DNA of 64,000 nt from an uncultured Veillonellaceae bacterium (GTDB lineage: Bacteria; Bacillota; Negativicutes; JARBTT01). The notes under the pieces were generated by a model. It did no database searches. It saw only the letters and a list, made by a program, of their open reading frames with translations, and was not told the DNA's origin. Location: contig CAWDTA010000002.1 in assembly GCA_963805085.1 (NCBI GenBank), positions 288,001-352,000 of the forward strand, given 5' to 3'. Positions 44,170 to 53,558 of the stretch are shown piece by piece; the stretch's first letter is position 1; each line of letters opens with the position of its first letter. The position numbers were made by a program, and so were the translations under genes.

Positions 44170-44354
44170 ATCTTTAATACGTTCTAGCAATTCATCAAAA
44201 TAGTCTACACAAAATGTTTATGAATTCTTGAGCCATTCGTCATTCATCACAAAGCCTTTTAGGGCTCTACTCAGTCAATACGCTCGATGCTCAATTACGA
44301 AAATGCATTCCCACATTAGATCGCACCCGATAACCAATGGCTAAAATCATTTGA
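44170..44354 (-). pseudogene. RhuM internal fragment
   Basis: DNA aligns with about 39030-39214 (e.g. CATTAGATCGCACCCGATAACCAATGGCTAAAATCATTTGA identical) with indels. Confidence 0.8.
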
Positions 44355-44617
44355 TTTCTGTGTTGCTTGATATGGTATTAGTATTCTTTGTTAAAGCATA
44401 ATTATAAAAATGAAACTAAACTACAAGCTGCCTGAGCTGGTAATATTATGTTGAAATATAAGAAGGACATAGCATCAACTACGTCCTAAGAACTGAATAA
44501 TCTCACTTACTCAATCGAAACGTCCTGTTAGCGCAGGGCGTTTTGGTTTATTTAGTATATGTTGTTATAACGTTTTAAAACTATAAAGACAATAATTAGT
44601 TCATCTAATGCTTTCAT

Positions 44618-44640
44618 GTTTCAATCCACTCACCTGTGAA
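44618..44640 (-). repeat. Truncated type I-C-like CRISPR repeat
   Basis: GTTTCAATCCACTCACCTGTGAA resembles the first 23 nt (+ strand) of the repeat at 15525. Confidence 0.5.
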
Positions 44641-44924
44641 CAATTCCCCTATCAGGCCCTGAACCTATTGATTAAGAGTCTTTAAAGTGACATTTATGTA
44701 CAATATGATATGTTGCAAACTATTGGTTTTGTTGGGTTTGTTGGGTTTATAGACTTTAATGTTTACATTAATTAGTATTAGCTGATGTCACTTCTAACAC
44801 GGGTGACATCAATTGTCATCGTTACCATAAAGCTTCACGGGGTCTAAAATCATCAAAATAGGGTATTGGTATGTTTGTATCAAAACGCTGATTCTGGGAA
44901 TTTTTTTACTCGAATAACATCTGT

Positions 44925-45020
44925 TGTACAATCCTAATCAAGAATGGAATCAATGTTAAAATAATTAGCAAAAGATAGGGACATTGTGATATTAAAATAA
45001 CATTGGAACTCTATATTCAT
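44925..45020 (+). pseudogene. Tyrosine recombinase/integrase C-terminal remnant
   Basis: Translates CTILIKNGINVKIISKR*GHCDIKITLELYIH (LGH...Y box with in-frame stop). Confidence 0.75.
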
Positions 45021-45035
45021 TACCCCAAAATTTTT

Positions 45036-45689
45036 CTATCCAACAAGCGCTAATTCCATAAAATTATTCATCATAATACATGGACATAAAGAACCAGATT
45101 TTCGAAACAACCAGCCCTGTAAGAGTGAAAAAGCAAAAATAAACGTTATAAACTGCGACCAAGCAAGCGCATTATGCGCAATTTTATCGGCATTCACATA
45201 CCAAATAGGAAAATGGATACTCACGAACAACAAGCTCACTAACAAATTTGCTTTCCAAAAGGAAAAATGCTCCTTTATTTTTTGCAAGAAATATCCCAGA
45301 AATAATATCTCCTCAACGACTCCGGCGATAAACACAGTATTCATCCACTGCGTAAACGTAAGCCATGGAGAAAACACCATATTGGCATAAAACAGCGCAA
45401 TGCATAAGGATATAAAGCTAACACCCAGGACGCCCCACAGTATGGTCGCTCGCTTGCCGGAATCCAGCTTCAAATAAACAAATACCGTGTATTGTCCAAC
45501 CTTCAATATAGCAATGATCGGCAATAGCCAAACCGTTATTTCCCAAATTAGGCCAAACGCATCACTAAAAATAACTCCCTCCATTCTCAAAAAGGGAAAA
45601 AGAACAACTTCTGAAAGCGCCCAAATCATGTAATAGAAAACAATATGCTTTAAGAGACTGTACCGGTTACTTGTTTCTACAAAATTCAA
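45036..45689 (-). CDS. CPBP/CAAX (Abi) family intramembrane metalloprotease-like protein, possibly degenerate
   Basis: EEILFLG (R of EExxxR replaced), FVSIH; last motif lacks the expected His. Confidence 0.7.
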   Translation of the reverse strand: MNFVETSNRYSLLKHIVFYYMIWALSEVVLFPFLRMEGVIFSDAFGLIWEITVWLLPIIAILKVGQYTVFVYLKLDSGKRATILWGVLGVSFISLCIALFYANMVFSPWLTFTQWMNTVFIAGVVEEILFLGYFLQKIKEHFSFWKANLLVSLLFVSIHFPIWYVNADKIAHNALAWSQFITFIFAFSLLQGWLFRKSGSLCPCIMMNNFMELALVG

Positions 45690-45960
45690 TTCCTCCCCAG
45701 CCTTATATTGTCATACCTAGTTATTATATCACAGAATCCTTTATATTCTCTTTTTTCATTCCTCATAAGATATTGGCTCGACTGATTCCAAAGGAATTTT
45801 CATGTTTGCTGAAATGATTTTTCGCTGTTTGACTATTCCATTTCCTGCCAACAACTATTATTCCACAAAATTTCATACAAAATCTAGCTATATACTACCT
45901 AGTACTTATTTTAGATAAAAACCAACCCCAATCTCAATAAAAGAACTGGGGTTAATAGTA

Positions 45961-46879
45961 TTATTCAACTGTCGGAATAACCATAAAGCTAATAATTTTA
46001 TCAAAAGATAAATATTCTTTACTACGATCTACAGAATCATTAATTGCATAGCTCATAGTATCAGTACTTATATGCTGATTATACCAATTAACAAAACCAT
46101 CAGCTTCAGTATCCGTTAAACGATATTCACGCTCACTTGAATCAATCATAGTAACTCGCAATAATACTTCAGTACTATCTACTGGCGTAGCTGAAGCTTC
46201 ATTTGAATTAGCACTTTCACCATAAGTATTTAAAGCGGTTACTACATAATAATAGGTAGTCCCATTCGTTACGCTAGTATCTGCATAACTAACCAGTCAC
46301 ATTGCTAGCAATCGTTGTATATGTGCCACCTGCAGTTGTAGAACGTTTTACATTGTAGCTAGTTGCTCCGACAACTGCTGTCCATGATAATGTTACTTTG
46401 GAATCTCCTTCGGTAGCGGTTAAATTGGTTGGTGCAGCAATTGGTGAATAGGGTTTAAGTTCTCCTTTTTCATCGATATCAATAGCATCCAATCCAAAAT
46501 ATCCAGATGAAATGTTTTTAATTTCGCACCAATGTTCGCCATCGCTTAAATTATTTATTTCATATAATAAGACTTGATACTTTTGATTACCATACTCACT
46601 GTATGTGCCACAAACAATTCCATCAATTGTTACTTGTATTGACTGAGATCGATTAGTATATATCTGTTGAATAATTCGTAATTTCCCACCAGTAAAATTA
46701 AAAACTATCGATCCAGAGGCAGAAACTGTTGATCCAATCTGAGTTCCGTTGTACAAAGACTTCCCATCTGCACCAGTATTTCTTGTCCAACTTCCAATAT
46801 AGCTTATATTGCTGTCGGTATCATCATACCTTTTCCACCCCGTCTCAGGTGCTGTTAATTGTTCTCCTAGTGTTGCCAT
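45961..46879 (-). pseudogene. Beta-sandwich + fibronectin type III protein, split by one frameshift near 46290
   Basis: FN3 (APTNLTA...LSW...SYNVKRS) resumes in another frame as SYADTSVTNGTTYYYVVTA...ESANSNE and joins ORF 45961..46161. Confidence 0.8.
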
Positions 46880-47228
46880 TTTACATTCCTCCAAATTAAT
46901 TTATTATTTTTGTGAACCCAATATAGCCAAGGAACTCTTATTTGCAATTGTATTTTTCCTGTTTATCGGCTTTCATCTATATACATTCTTATGAGCACAA
47001 TTTTTAAACACAAAAAATAAAAAAAGATGCAACCATAGTTACACCTATCAGAATAATCAACAACATTCCTACTAATCTTCATTATATTTTACTAAATTTG
47101 ACACGTGGAATAGCGTAGGGTAATACCGCCACCTCGGCTCACAAAGTACCCGCCTTTGGAATAGCAAAAGACACCCCGCCCTATGGAGTGCCTATAAATA
47201 TACGATATAAATTTTATTGTGTACTTTC

Positions 47229-47560
47229 TCAATCTCTTTTTATCTCTTTAATTGTTTTTACTTCTTCCGCAAGCGCCGTAATATCTTCATCACTTTGCAA
47301 TTTTCTATTCGTATCAAACAACTCATATTGCTTAATCGCCAATTCTTTGGCGACAACGGCTGATACTTTTCCTGCATTTTCTAGCACTTGCCTATTGCTC
47401 CATTTGTGGAAATCCATCCCCACATTAAAACGCCCCCGATAGCCAATGGCTAATTGATTGTGAAATTGTACTGCTTGATATTACGTTTTATCTGTCTGTT
47501 TTTTTATTTTGAACTTGTAAGCATTCCTTACAAGTTGTATCTTCAAACAATTCACTCCCC
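47229..47560 (-). pseudogene. RhuM remnant with internal deletion
   Basis: 47229-47400 aligns with the RhuM tail at about 38480-38640; 47420-47550 aligns with about 39170-39310. Confidence 0.75.
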
Positions 47561-47585
47561 ACATATATAACATTTGCCATTTTTC

Positions 47586-48594
47586 TCATAACTCTTCATC
47601 TAGCAGCTGTTGAAAATCTTCTAATCGCAATTCACGTTTTAATTCTTCTTCTGTTGGCAAATATGCCATATATTTTGAAGCGAAAATTTGTTGGTTATCT
47701 TCTGGTAGAGTATATCTGATAACGGCATCATTTTTTTCGGCACACAATACAATTCCAATAGGCTTAGTATCGCCTTCATTCATGAGTTCACGCATACATC
47801 TGCATTTGTCCGAGGTCTTGATGTGTTAACTTCCCCAATTTCAAATCAATCAGTACAAAACATTTTAGAATATAGTTATAGAAAACAAGATCGATATAAA
47901 AATGCTGTCCATCAAATGCGATATGTTTTTGCCGTGCAACAAAAGAAAATCCTCTGCCCATTTCCAATAAAAATTTCTGCAAATGGTCTATAATTGCTTG
48001 CTCCAAATCTTTTTCATAAAAATGCGGATTAGCTGACAAATCCAAGAACTCCAATACATAAGGATCTTTGATGATTTTCTCATATTCTGGCTTCGGCTCC
48101 AATTTTCCGATTTCAGCTGCAACTGCATCTTTGTCACGACTGGCAAGAATACGTTCATAATAAAGTGTTGTAATTTGCCGTTCTAGTTGACGTACACTCC
48201 ATCCTGATTGCACACATTCCTCTGTATAAAATCCCCGTATTTTATCATCAGAAACACGCATCAACAAACGATAATGCGACCAACTTAATTCGGGGCACAG
48301 TGTGCCCCGAATTGGATATGCAATATAAAATTGTCGCATTCGACGTAATTCACGTTCAGTAAAGCCTTTCCCAAATTCTTTTGTTAACTGCTGCGCTAAA
48401 AATTTCAATAAACCTTTACCGTAATCTGCCCTATCATTTTCACCACAAGAAATATAAATCTGTTCACCGATTTCCCAATATGCCTGCACCATTGCAAAAT
48501 TGACCGCTGTATATACTTTTTTCTGCGCAGTGATAACACTGCTACGAATTGTCTGATAAAGCTCTTTTGGTACAACTACATTTTTTTCTTTCAT
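47586..48594 (-). pseudogene. YhcG/DUF1016 PD-(D/E)XK nuclease-family protein, split near 47790
   Basis: YWEIG, LSWSHY, WSVRQLERQI, KDPYVLEFL, IDLK; QMQMY jumps to RELMNEGD in another frame (short deletion). Confidence 0.85.
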
Positions 48595-48855
48595 GATAAC
48601 TCTCCTCCAGACTTCCAGCAAGATCAGTTTCGAAATTCTATAGCCTTGCTTTTTAAATCAAAAACATTCTCCCGTACTGATTTCCATTAAATTCACATTT
48701 CCCTATAAGAAATAAAGTTCCTGCCAAAGTAACACATAGTTTGGCAAAAACTTTTATTGTCGATAATAAAATTAAAATTCCAACTATAAAAACTGACTAA
48801 CTTTTTATGCTGGTCAGTTTTTTATATGCTTATTGCTTCCCTTATCGACACATCA

Positions 48856-49237
48856 TCAATCCGACAACCTCGCTTCAATTCCTGCATAAAAACCATATCT
48901 AAATGCGAAATCACTTGCTAAACAATCATAGTCGTCAAGCTTTTTAATCAGGTCAGCTCTATCTTTTAAGTTCGGTTAAAATTTTACTGGCTGTATCATT
49001 ACTAGCATAACCATTGCACTCATCGGCAATTGATAACATTTGAATCAATCTTCCAAGATTGTACATACAAAGATTGAAGCAAAGATTTCCTGATTTATTA
49101 CCTTTCTCACTTAAAAATTGTCCAAAAAATTCAACCAACTTCACCTCTGAACCATTTTCCATCGGTATTGGAATTCTACATAATAATTCCTGAATTCTTT
49201 TCATTTCTCGCTTGTCCATATTATTCATATCTAGCAT
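48856..49237 (-). pseudogene. Copy 2 of the MLDMNNMDK small protein, frameshifted
   Basis: N-terminus matches 39651..40043; tail FAFRYGFYAGIEARLSD* lies in another frame. Confidence 0.8.
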
Positions 49238-49314
49238 GCATATGCCCCCTATCATTATTTTTTCATAGTCTAAATAATTCGTTTACTATTCCTGTACCTT
49301 ACAAATGGACTAAT

Positions 49315-49414
49315 TAACCTCATAAGGTTATTATATTATCACTAGTCAATATTTTTTAACTCTATAAGGGTATTTTGTATTATTTAATTTGAAATTACTA
49401 ACCTCACATAGTAA
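49315..49414. promoter_or_regulatory. Operator-like palindromes TAAC-N8-G(T/G)(T/A)A
   Basis: TAACCTCATAAGGTTA (49315), TAACTCTATAAGGGTA (49357), TAACCTCACATAGTAA (49399). Confidence 0.5.
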
Positions 49415-49439
49415 TATAATAATAAAAGGAGGTTTTATT

Positions 49440-49670
49440 ATTATACAGTGTAATTTACGTAGGTTAATGGCGGATAATCGCATTGATGATATTACTGAAT
49501 TAATGCGATTATCAGATATTAGTCGAAATTCCATCAACAAACTTTACCGAGAAACCGACATAGAAACTATCAAACTTGAAACATTATTCAGGTTGTGTAA
49601 TACCTTCAACTGTAAATTATCTGATTTAATGGAATACATACCAGAGAACACGGATAATAAACAAATATAA
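49440..49670 (+). CDS. Xre/Cro-type HTH regulator, copy 2 (ATT at the expected start)
   Basis: SDISRNSINKLY HTH, LCNTFNCKLSDLMEYIP; AAAGGAGG RBS is followed by ATT, not ATG. Confidence 0.7.
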   Translation: MIQCNLRRLMADNRIDDITELMRLSDISRNSINKLYRETDIETIKLETLFRLCNTFNCKLSDLMEYIPENTDNKQI

Positions 49671-49765
49671 AAAGGTTCTTGATAATAGCAGAAAAATAAA
49701 AACTTCCTTTCAGGTAAGAATTAAAATAAATTCAAACCGGAAAGGAAGTTTTTTTATCATTTAAT

Positions 49766-49797
49766 ATTTCAATCTACGCACTTGCGAAAGGTGCGAT
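49766..49797 (-). repeat. Solitary type I-C-like CRISPR repeat
   Basis: Minus strand ATCGCACCTTTCGCAAGTGCGTAGATTGAAAT, 32 nt with CGCAC/GTGCG stem and ATTGAAAT handle. Confidence 0.7.
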
Positions 49798-49806
49798 TTC
49801 ACTTGT

Positions 49807-50196
49807 TTATAAAATGAGTGGCAATATATATATAAGTATGATGATGATAAAAGCGATAATCAATTTTGGGGTTGGTTTTAAGGTTTTATCTTTTAATGTA
49901 AATTCACCAACGAGACGCGCTATCCAAAAAAATACTGTACCCAATAGTAAAACTTTTCCCAGCTCGGTAGTTGGTAACTCATAAGAAAATCTAATACTAA
50001 TATATCCAATTAAAAGCATAAACACAATGACAGCTACATTCAACATTTGAAAAACAGCTTGATTAATTGGAGACATTCGAGGTAGTTCTTCCTGCCAATT
50101 TAAAAATTTAAACCTCCAAAAGGCAGCATGGAAAAAGGCAAAAAACAAGTGGAAAGCACCTCCAACAATTAATAAAAGCGAGAAATAATTACTCAT
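49807..50196 (-). CDS. Hypothetical four-TM membrane protein
   Basis: 129 aa, four hydrophobic segments, AAGGAG RBS. Confidence 0.65.
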   Translation of the reverse strand: MSNYFSLLLIVGGAFHLFFAFFHAAFWRFKFLNWQEELPRMSPINQAVFQMLNVAVIVFMLLIGYISIRFSYELPTTELGKVLLLGTVFFWIARLVGEFTLKDKTLKPTPKLIIAFIIIILIYILPLIL

Positions 50197-50323
50197 TTAA
50201 AAAGACTCCTTATAGTTTTTACGTAACATAAACTTTACTTTCTTAATTATGCCAATAGTAGAAAAACTTAATTTACCTTGGTAAATCGTATATATTTTAC
50301 TTTCTTGCCAACACCAACTATTT

Positions 50324-51091
50324 TCAACATATTCTTCTCAACCAATTTTTTAATAAACGTCCAGACATGGTTTGCGAAATGGATAATAATACTTCTACAT
50401 CTTTTCTCACTATAGAGCCATTTTCTTCTACAAGTTCCAAGATGATTTTTTCGTTGTCGTTTAATGCATTTTGTCGTAAAGGCATGTTTTTGTTAGGTAG
50501 GATAATTTTAAAAGCATTATCAGATGCTTCAATTTGCGGCTTTTCTCTACTATCCTTATAGCTATCTATAATTTTTTGTATACCAGTTCCATATGCTTCA
50601 ATGAGTTTCAAACGATAAAATACTGCTGCCAATTTTTCATTACGACACTGCGATACACCAAAGAGAATATCATTCATTGTAATCCCCTTAACTAGCCCGC
50701 CCAGAGACACAAACTCGATTCTATCCTCAAATATACTAATGAGAGTACTGCCACTGTACGAGTATTCTCGATGAACTAACGAATTCAAGAGTGCTTCCCG
50801 TAAAGCTTCTTCAGGGTAATCTTTATGATCAATGCGATATAATTTTGAAAATTCAGCTCTTGTTTTGTTATATAGATCAATAAAATTATAAACCTCATTC
50901 ATTTGATTGAGCAACGAACCACTAAATTCACGTCGATCTTTAAATACTGATTTTGTAACACCTTCAAAATAAGCCGCTTTAATGCTGTGTACACATTGAT
51001 CTGACAACAATAGTCCAAGGTTCGTGTAGATATGATCTGGTTTGATAGAATCTCTAATCATATTAGAAGCCTGCAAAGAGGTTTCATCCAC
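50324..51091 (-). pseudogene. AlbA/RecG-C-terminal (HATPase_c_4) type regulator, N-terminally truncated
   Basis: YPEEALREALLNSLVHREY, EDRIEF.S.GG, RNEKLA..F, IEAYGTGI; the usual N-terminal domain is missing. Confidence 0.7.
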
Positions 51092-51178
51092 ATTATCTTA
51101 AAACAAACTAAGGTAACCCATAAATGCAGTTACCCTAGCTTCAATTGGTTATATTCATTACTGTTCTTGCAACAACCA

Positions 51179-51886
51179 TCATTTCACATTCATCAATCTT
51201 AAATAATCTTTTTGTGCTTCAATCACTTGTTCAGCAATAAACTGAATAAATACTTCTTCTTTAACGTGTCCTTTTTCCAACGATGCGATATATTCACTTC
51301 TCAAAATCGGCGGGATGATTGTAATAGGGTAACCACTTTGTAATAAAACTAGGTTCATCAATAGCCGTGCTACTCTGCCATTTCCATCAATGAACGGATG
51401 AATATAAACAAATTCTTTATGAAATTTAGCTGCAAGCTCTACTGGATGTAGGTTTTCTTTGATCTGCTTCATTTGCACAATAAATTTCGCCATCAGTTCA
51501 GGTACAATTTCCGGCTCTGGCATTGGGTAATTTGAGCCACTAATGAAAACTCTTTGTTTACGGTAGTTACCAGCGCTTACTTCATTGATATTTTGGTAAA
51601 AAAGCCAATGTAATTTTTTGATATCTGCTTCGGTAATACTATTCGACGATACCAATTGATACATAAAATCATAGGCTCTGCTATGCCCCACCGCTTCTAA
51701 ATGATCACGTAACGGTTTTCCGCCTACCGTTGAGCCATCTTCTAAAACAACTTTTGTTTCCGATTCTGTCAAAGAATTTCCTTCCAAGGCATTACTGCTG
51801 TAAGTTAAGCCAATCCGAAAATATTGATTTAACTCTTTGATTTCAACACTATCTAAAGGACGTATACTCTTTATCCTTTCGTTCAT
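51179..51886 (-). CDS. Fic-domain protein with N-terminal autoinhibitory motif
   Basis: HPFIDGNGRVAR catalytic motif; SNALEGN inhibitory motif. Confidence 0.92.
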   Translation of the reverse strand: MNERIKSIRPLDSVEIKELNQYFRIGLTYSSNALEGNSLTESETKVVLEDGSTVGGKPLRDHLEAVGHSRAYDFMYQLVSSNSITEADIKKLHWLFYQNINEVSAGNYRKQRVFISGSNYPMPEPEIVPELMAKFIVQMKQIKENLHPVELAAKFHKEFVYIHPFIDGNGRVARLLMNLVLLQSGYPITIIPPILRSEYIASLEKGHVKEEVFIQFIAEQVIEAQKDYLRLMNVK

Positions 51887-52057
51887 TTGGTCAATTTTTT
51901 GAAATAAAGTAATGATAATTCACCTTCTTATCGTCTTTTTATTATCATATCATATTTCATTGATAAAATATAAATCTCGTGGGAATTTATGTATTTAAAA
52001 GTTGTATACATACGGAGAGATTTTCATCCGCCTATCCCTAGGCCCTTATTACCATAT

Positions 52058-52150
52058 CATCAATCCAATAACCTCACTTCAACTCCTGCATAAAAAGCCA
52101 TATCCAAAGGTGGGTCACTTACTAAACAACCATAATCGTCAAGCTCTCGA
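52058..52150 (-). pseudogene. 3' remnant (copy 3) of the MLDMNNMDK small gene
   Basis: DNA aligns with 48856-48945 (CTTCAA.TCCTGCATAAAA.CCATATC...TAAACAA.CATA.TCGTCAAGCT). Confidence 0.65.
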
Positions 52151-52210
52151 AAGCATTTTCCTATCTCATATTAAGAGGAAATGAAAAATATAATTCATTT
52201 TTCATCACTA

Positions 52211-53230
52211 TTAATTTTTCTGTTCTTTTATTTGCTCCAAAATGCCCGTTTCTTGTATCATCTTAGCCAATTTATCACCATCGGAGTGCCATTTATCTTT
52301 GGAATCTTCGGAATTTAAATATTCCACTTGCAAGCCTAAATTTTCAATATTAGTTTTAAATTCTGGATCAGCAATCATTGCTTTAAAACCTTCTTCGAGC
52401 TTAGCTTTAATCTCTGGTGGTAACTCTTTTGGCGCTACCGCGCCAAACCAATTGGTTAATACAATATCAAAGCCTTGTTCCTTAAATGTTGGTATCTGTG
52501 CTAAGACCGGATCAGTTAATCTCTGGTCACATGTCACTGCTAGTGCTCTTAGCGTGCCAGTTTTAATTTGTTCTTTGACTACAGATGGATTAACAAAAGC
52601 AACTTGGATATGATTACCTAACAAAGCGGTAATCGCTTCAGTACCGCCGCGAAAGGGAACTTGTTCGAGATTTATATCGGTAATTTTGGCAAATAATTCG
52701 CCACTAATATGTGGTAGTGAACCTATACCTGGATGACCAAATTTCAATTGTCCTGGATACTGCTTAGCATATTTAATTATGGCATCAATATCTTGCCAAG
52801 GCTGGTTGGCTTGGACTACCATGATCAAGGGTGAAGTTGTAACTTGGGCAATTGGTTCTAAGGATGTTGGATAATGATATTTAGTTGCCCCGTATAATGG
52901 TTGTAGGAGTACATTAATATCGCTAATACCAAGTGTATATCCATCTGGACTGGCATTCGTCAGTTCATTCCAACCTAGAGTGCCAGTTCCACCTGGTTTA
53001 TTGACAACAACTAATGGCTGCCCTAAATATTTAGGTGCCAGCTTCTCCATTGTCCGAGCTACCAAATCCAAGCCTCCACCAGCACTAAAAGGTACAATGA
53101 TGGTAATAGGCCTATCTGGATACCTTTTTATAGCAGTTGTTGTATTGCTTTGCATTTCGCCGCAACCTCCAATTATGATTGAAATAAGTAATAAACATAT
53201 TGTTAACAACACTAAAATCTTTTTTTGCAC
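52211..53230 (-). CDS. Bug/TctC substrate-binding lipoprotein, copy 4
   Basis: Same motifs, 339 aa; upstream region homologous to that of copy 3. Confidence 0.92.
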   Translation of the reverse strand: MQKKILVLLTICLLLISIIIGGCGEMQSNTTTAIKRYPDRPITIIVPFSAGGGLDLVARTMEKLAPKYLGQPLVVVNKPGGTGTLGWNELTNASPDGYTLGISDINVLLQPLYGATKYHYPTSLEPIAQVTTSPLIMVVQANQPWQDIDAIIKYAKQYPGQLKFGHPGIGSLPHISGELFAKITDINLEQVPFRGGTEAITALLGNHIQVAFVNPSVVKEQIKTGTLRALAVTCDQRLTDPVLAQIPTFKEQGFDIVLTNWFGAVAPKELPPEIKAKLEEGFKAMIADPEFKTNIENLGLQVEYLNSEDSKDKWHSDGDKLAKMIQETGILEQIKEQKN

Positions 53231-53558
53231 TACAACATCTCCTTGTCTATCGTTTTACAATTAACGACATATTAATACAACAATGTTAAATATTGCTAAT
53301 TTATGTATATAACTTCGTCAATAAATATCAAATTCCTCCTAAATATTCAATTATTTAAATAGGTAACGGGTAAATAAAAATTCATATAACAATATTCAAA
53401 ACAAAAATGATATGACGACCAGACCTCATGTATTAATATAAATTTAATAAAAAGATTTAATATGAAATAAATAGTTGTTTTTTTTCTCCCTAATGAATGT
53501 ATATAAATAGAGCCGGTATACCGGGCTATTCAAAATTATTTTAAGGGGGGAATTGTTT

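Noticed and set aside
40666-52613. Recurrent + strand 123-126 aa ORFs (MICSRMPVS...)
   Set aside because: Antisense shadows of the paralogous Bug genes.
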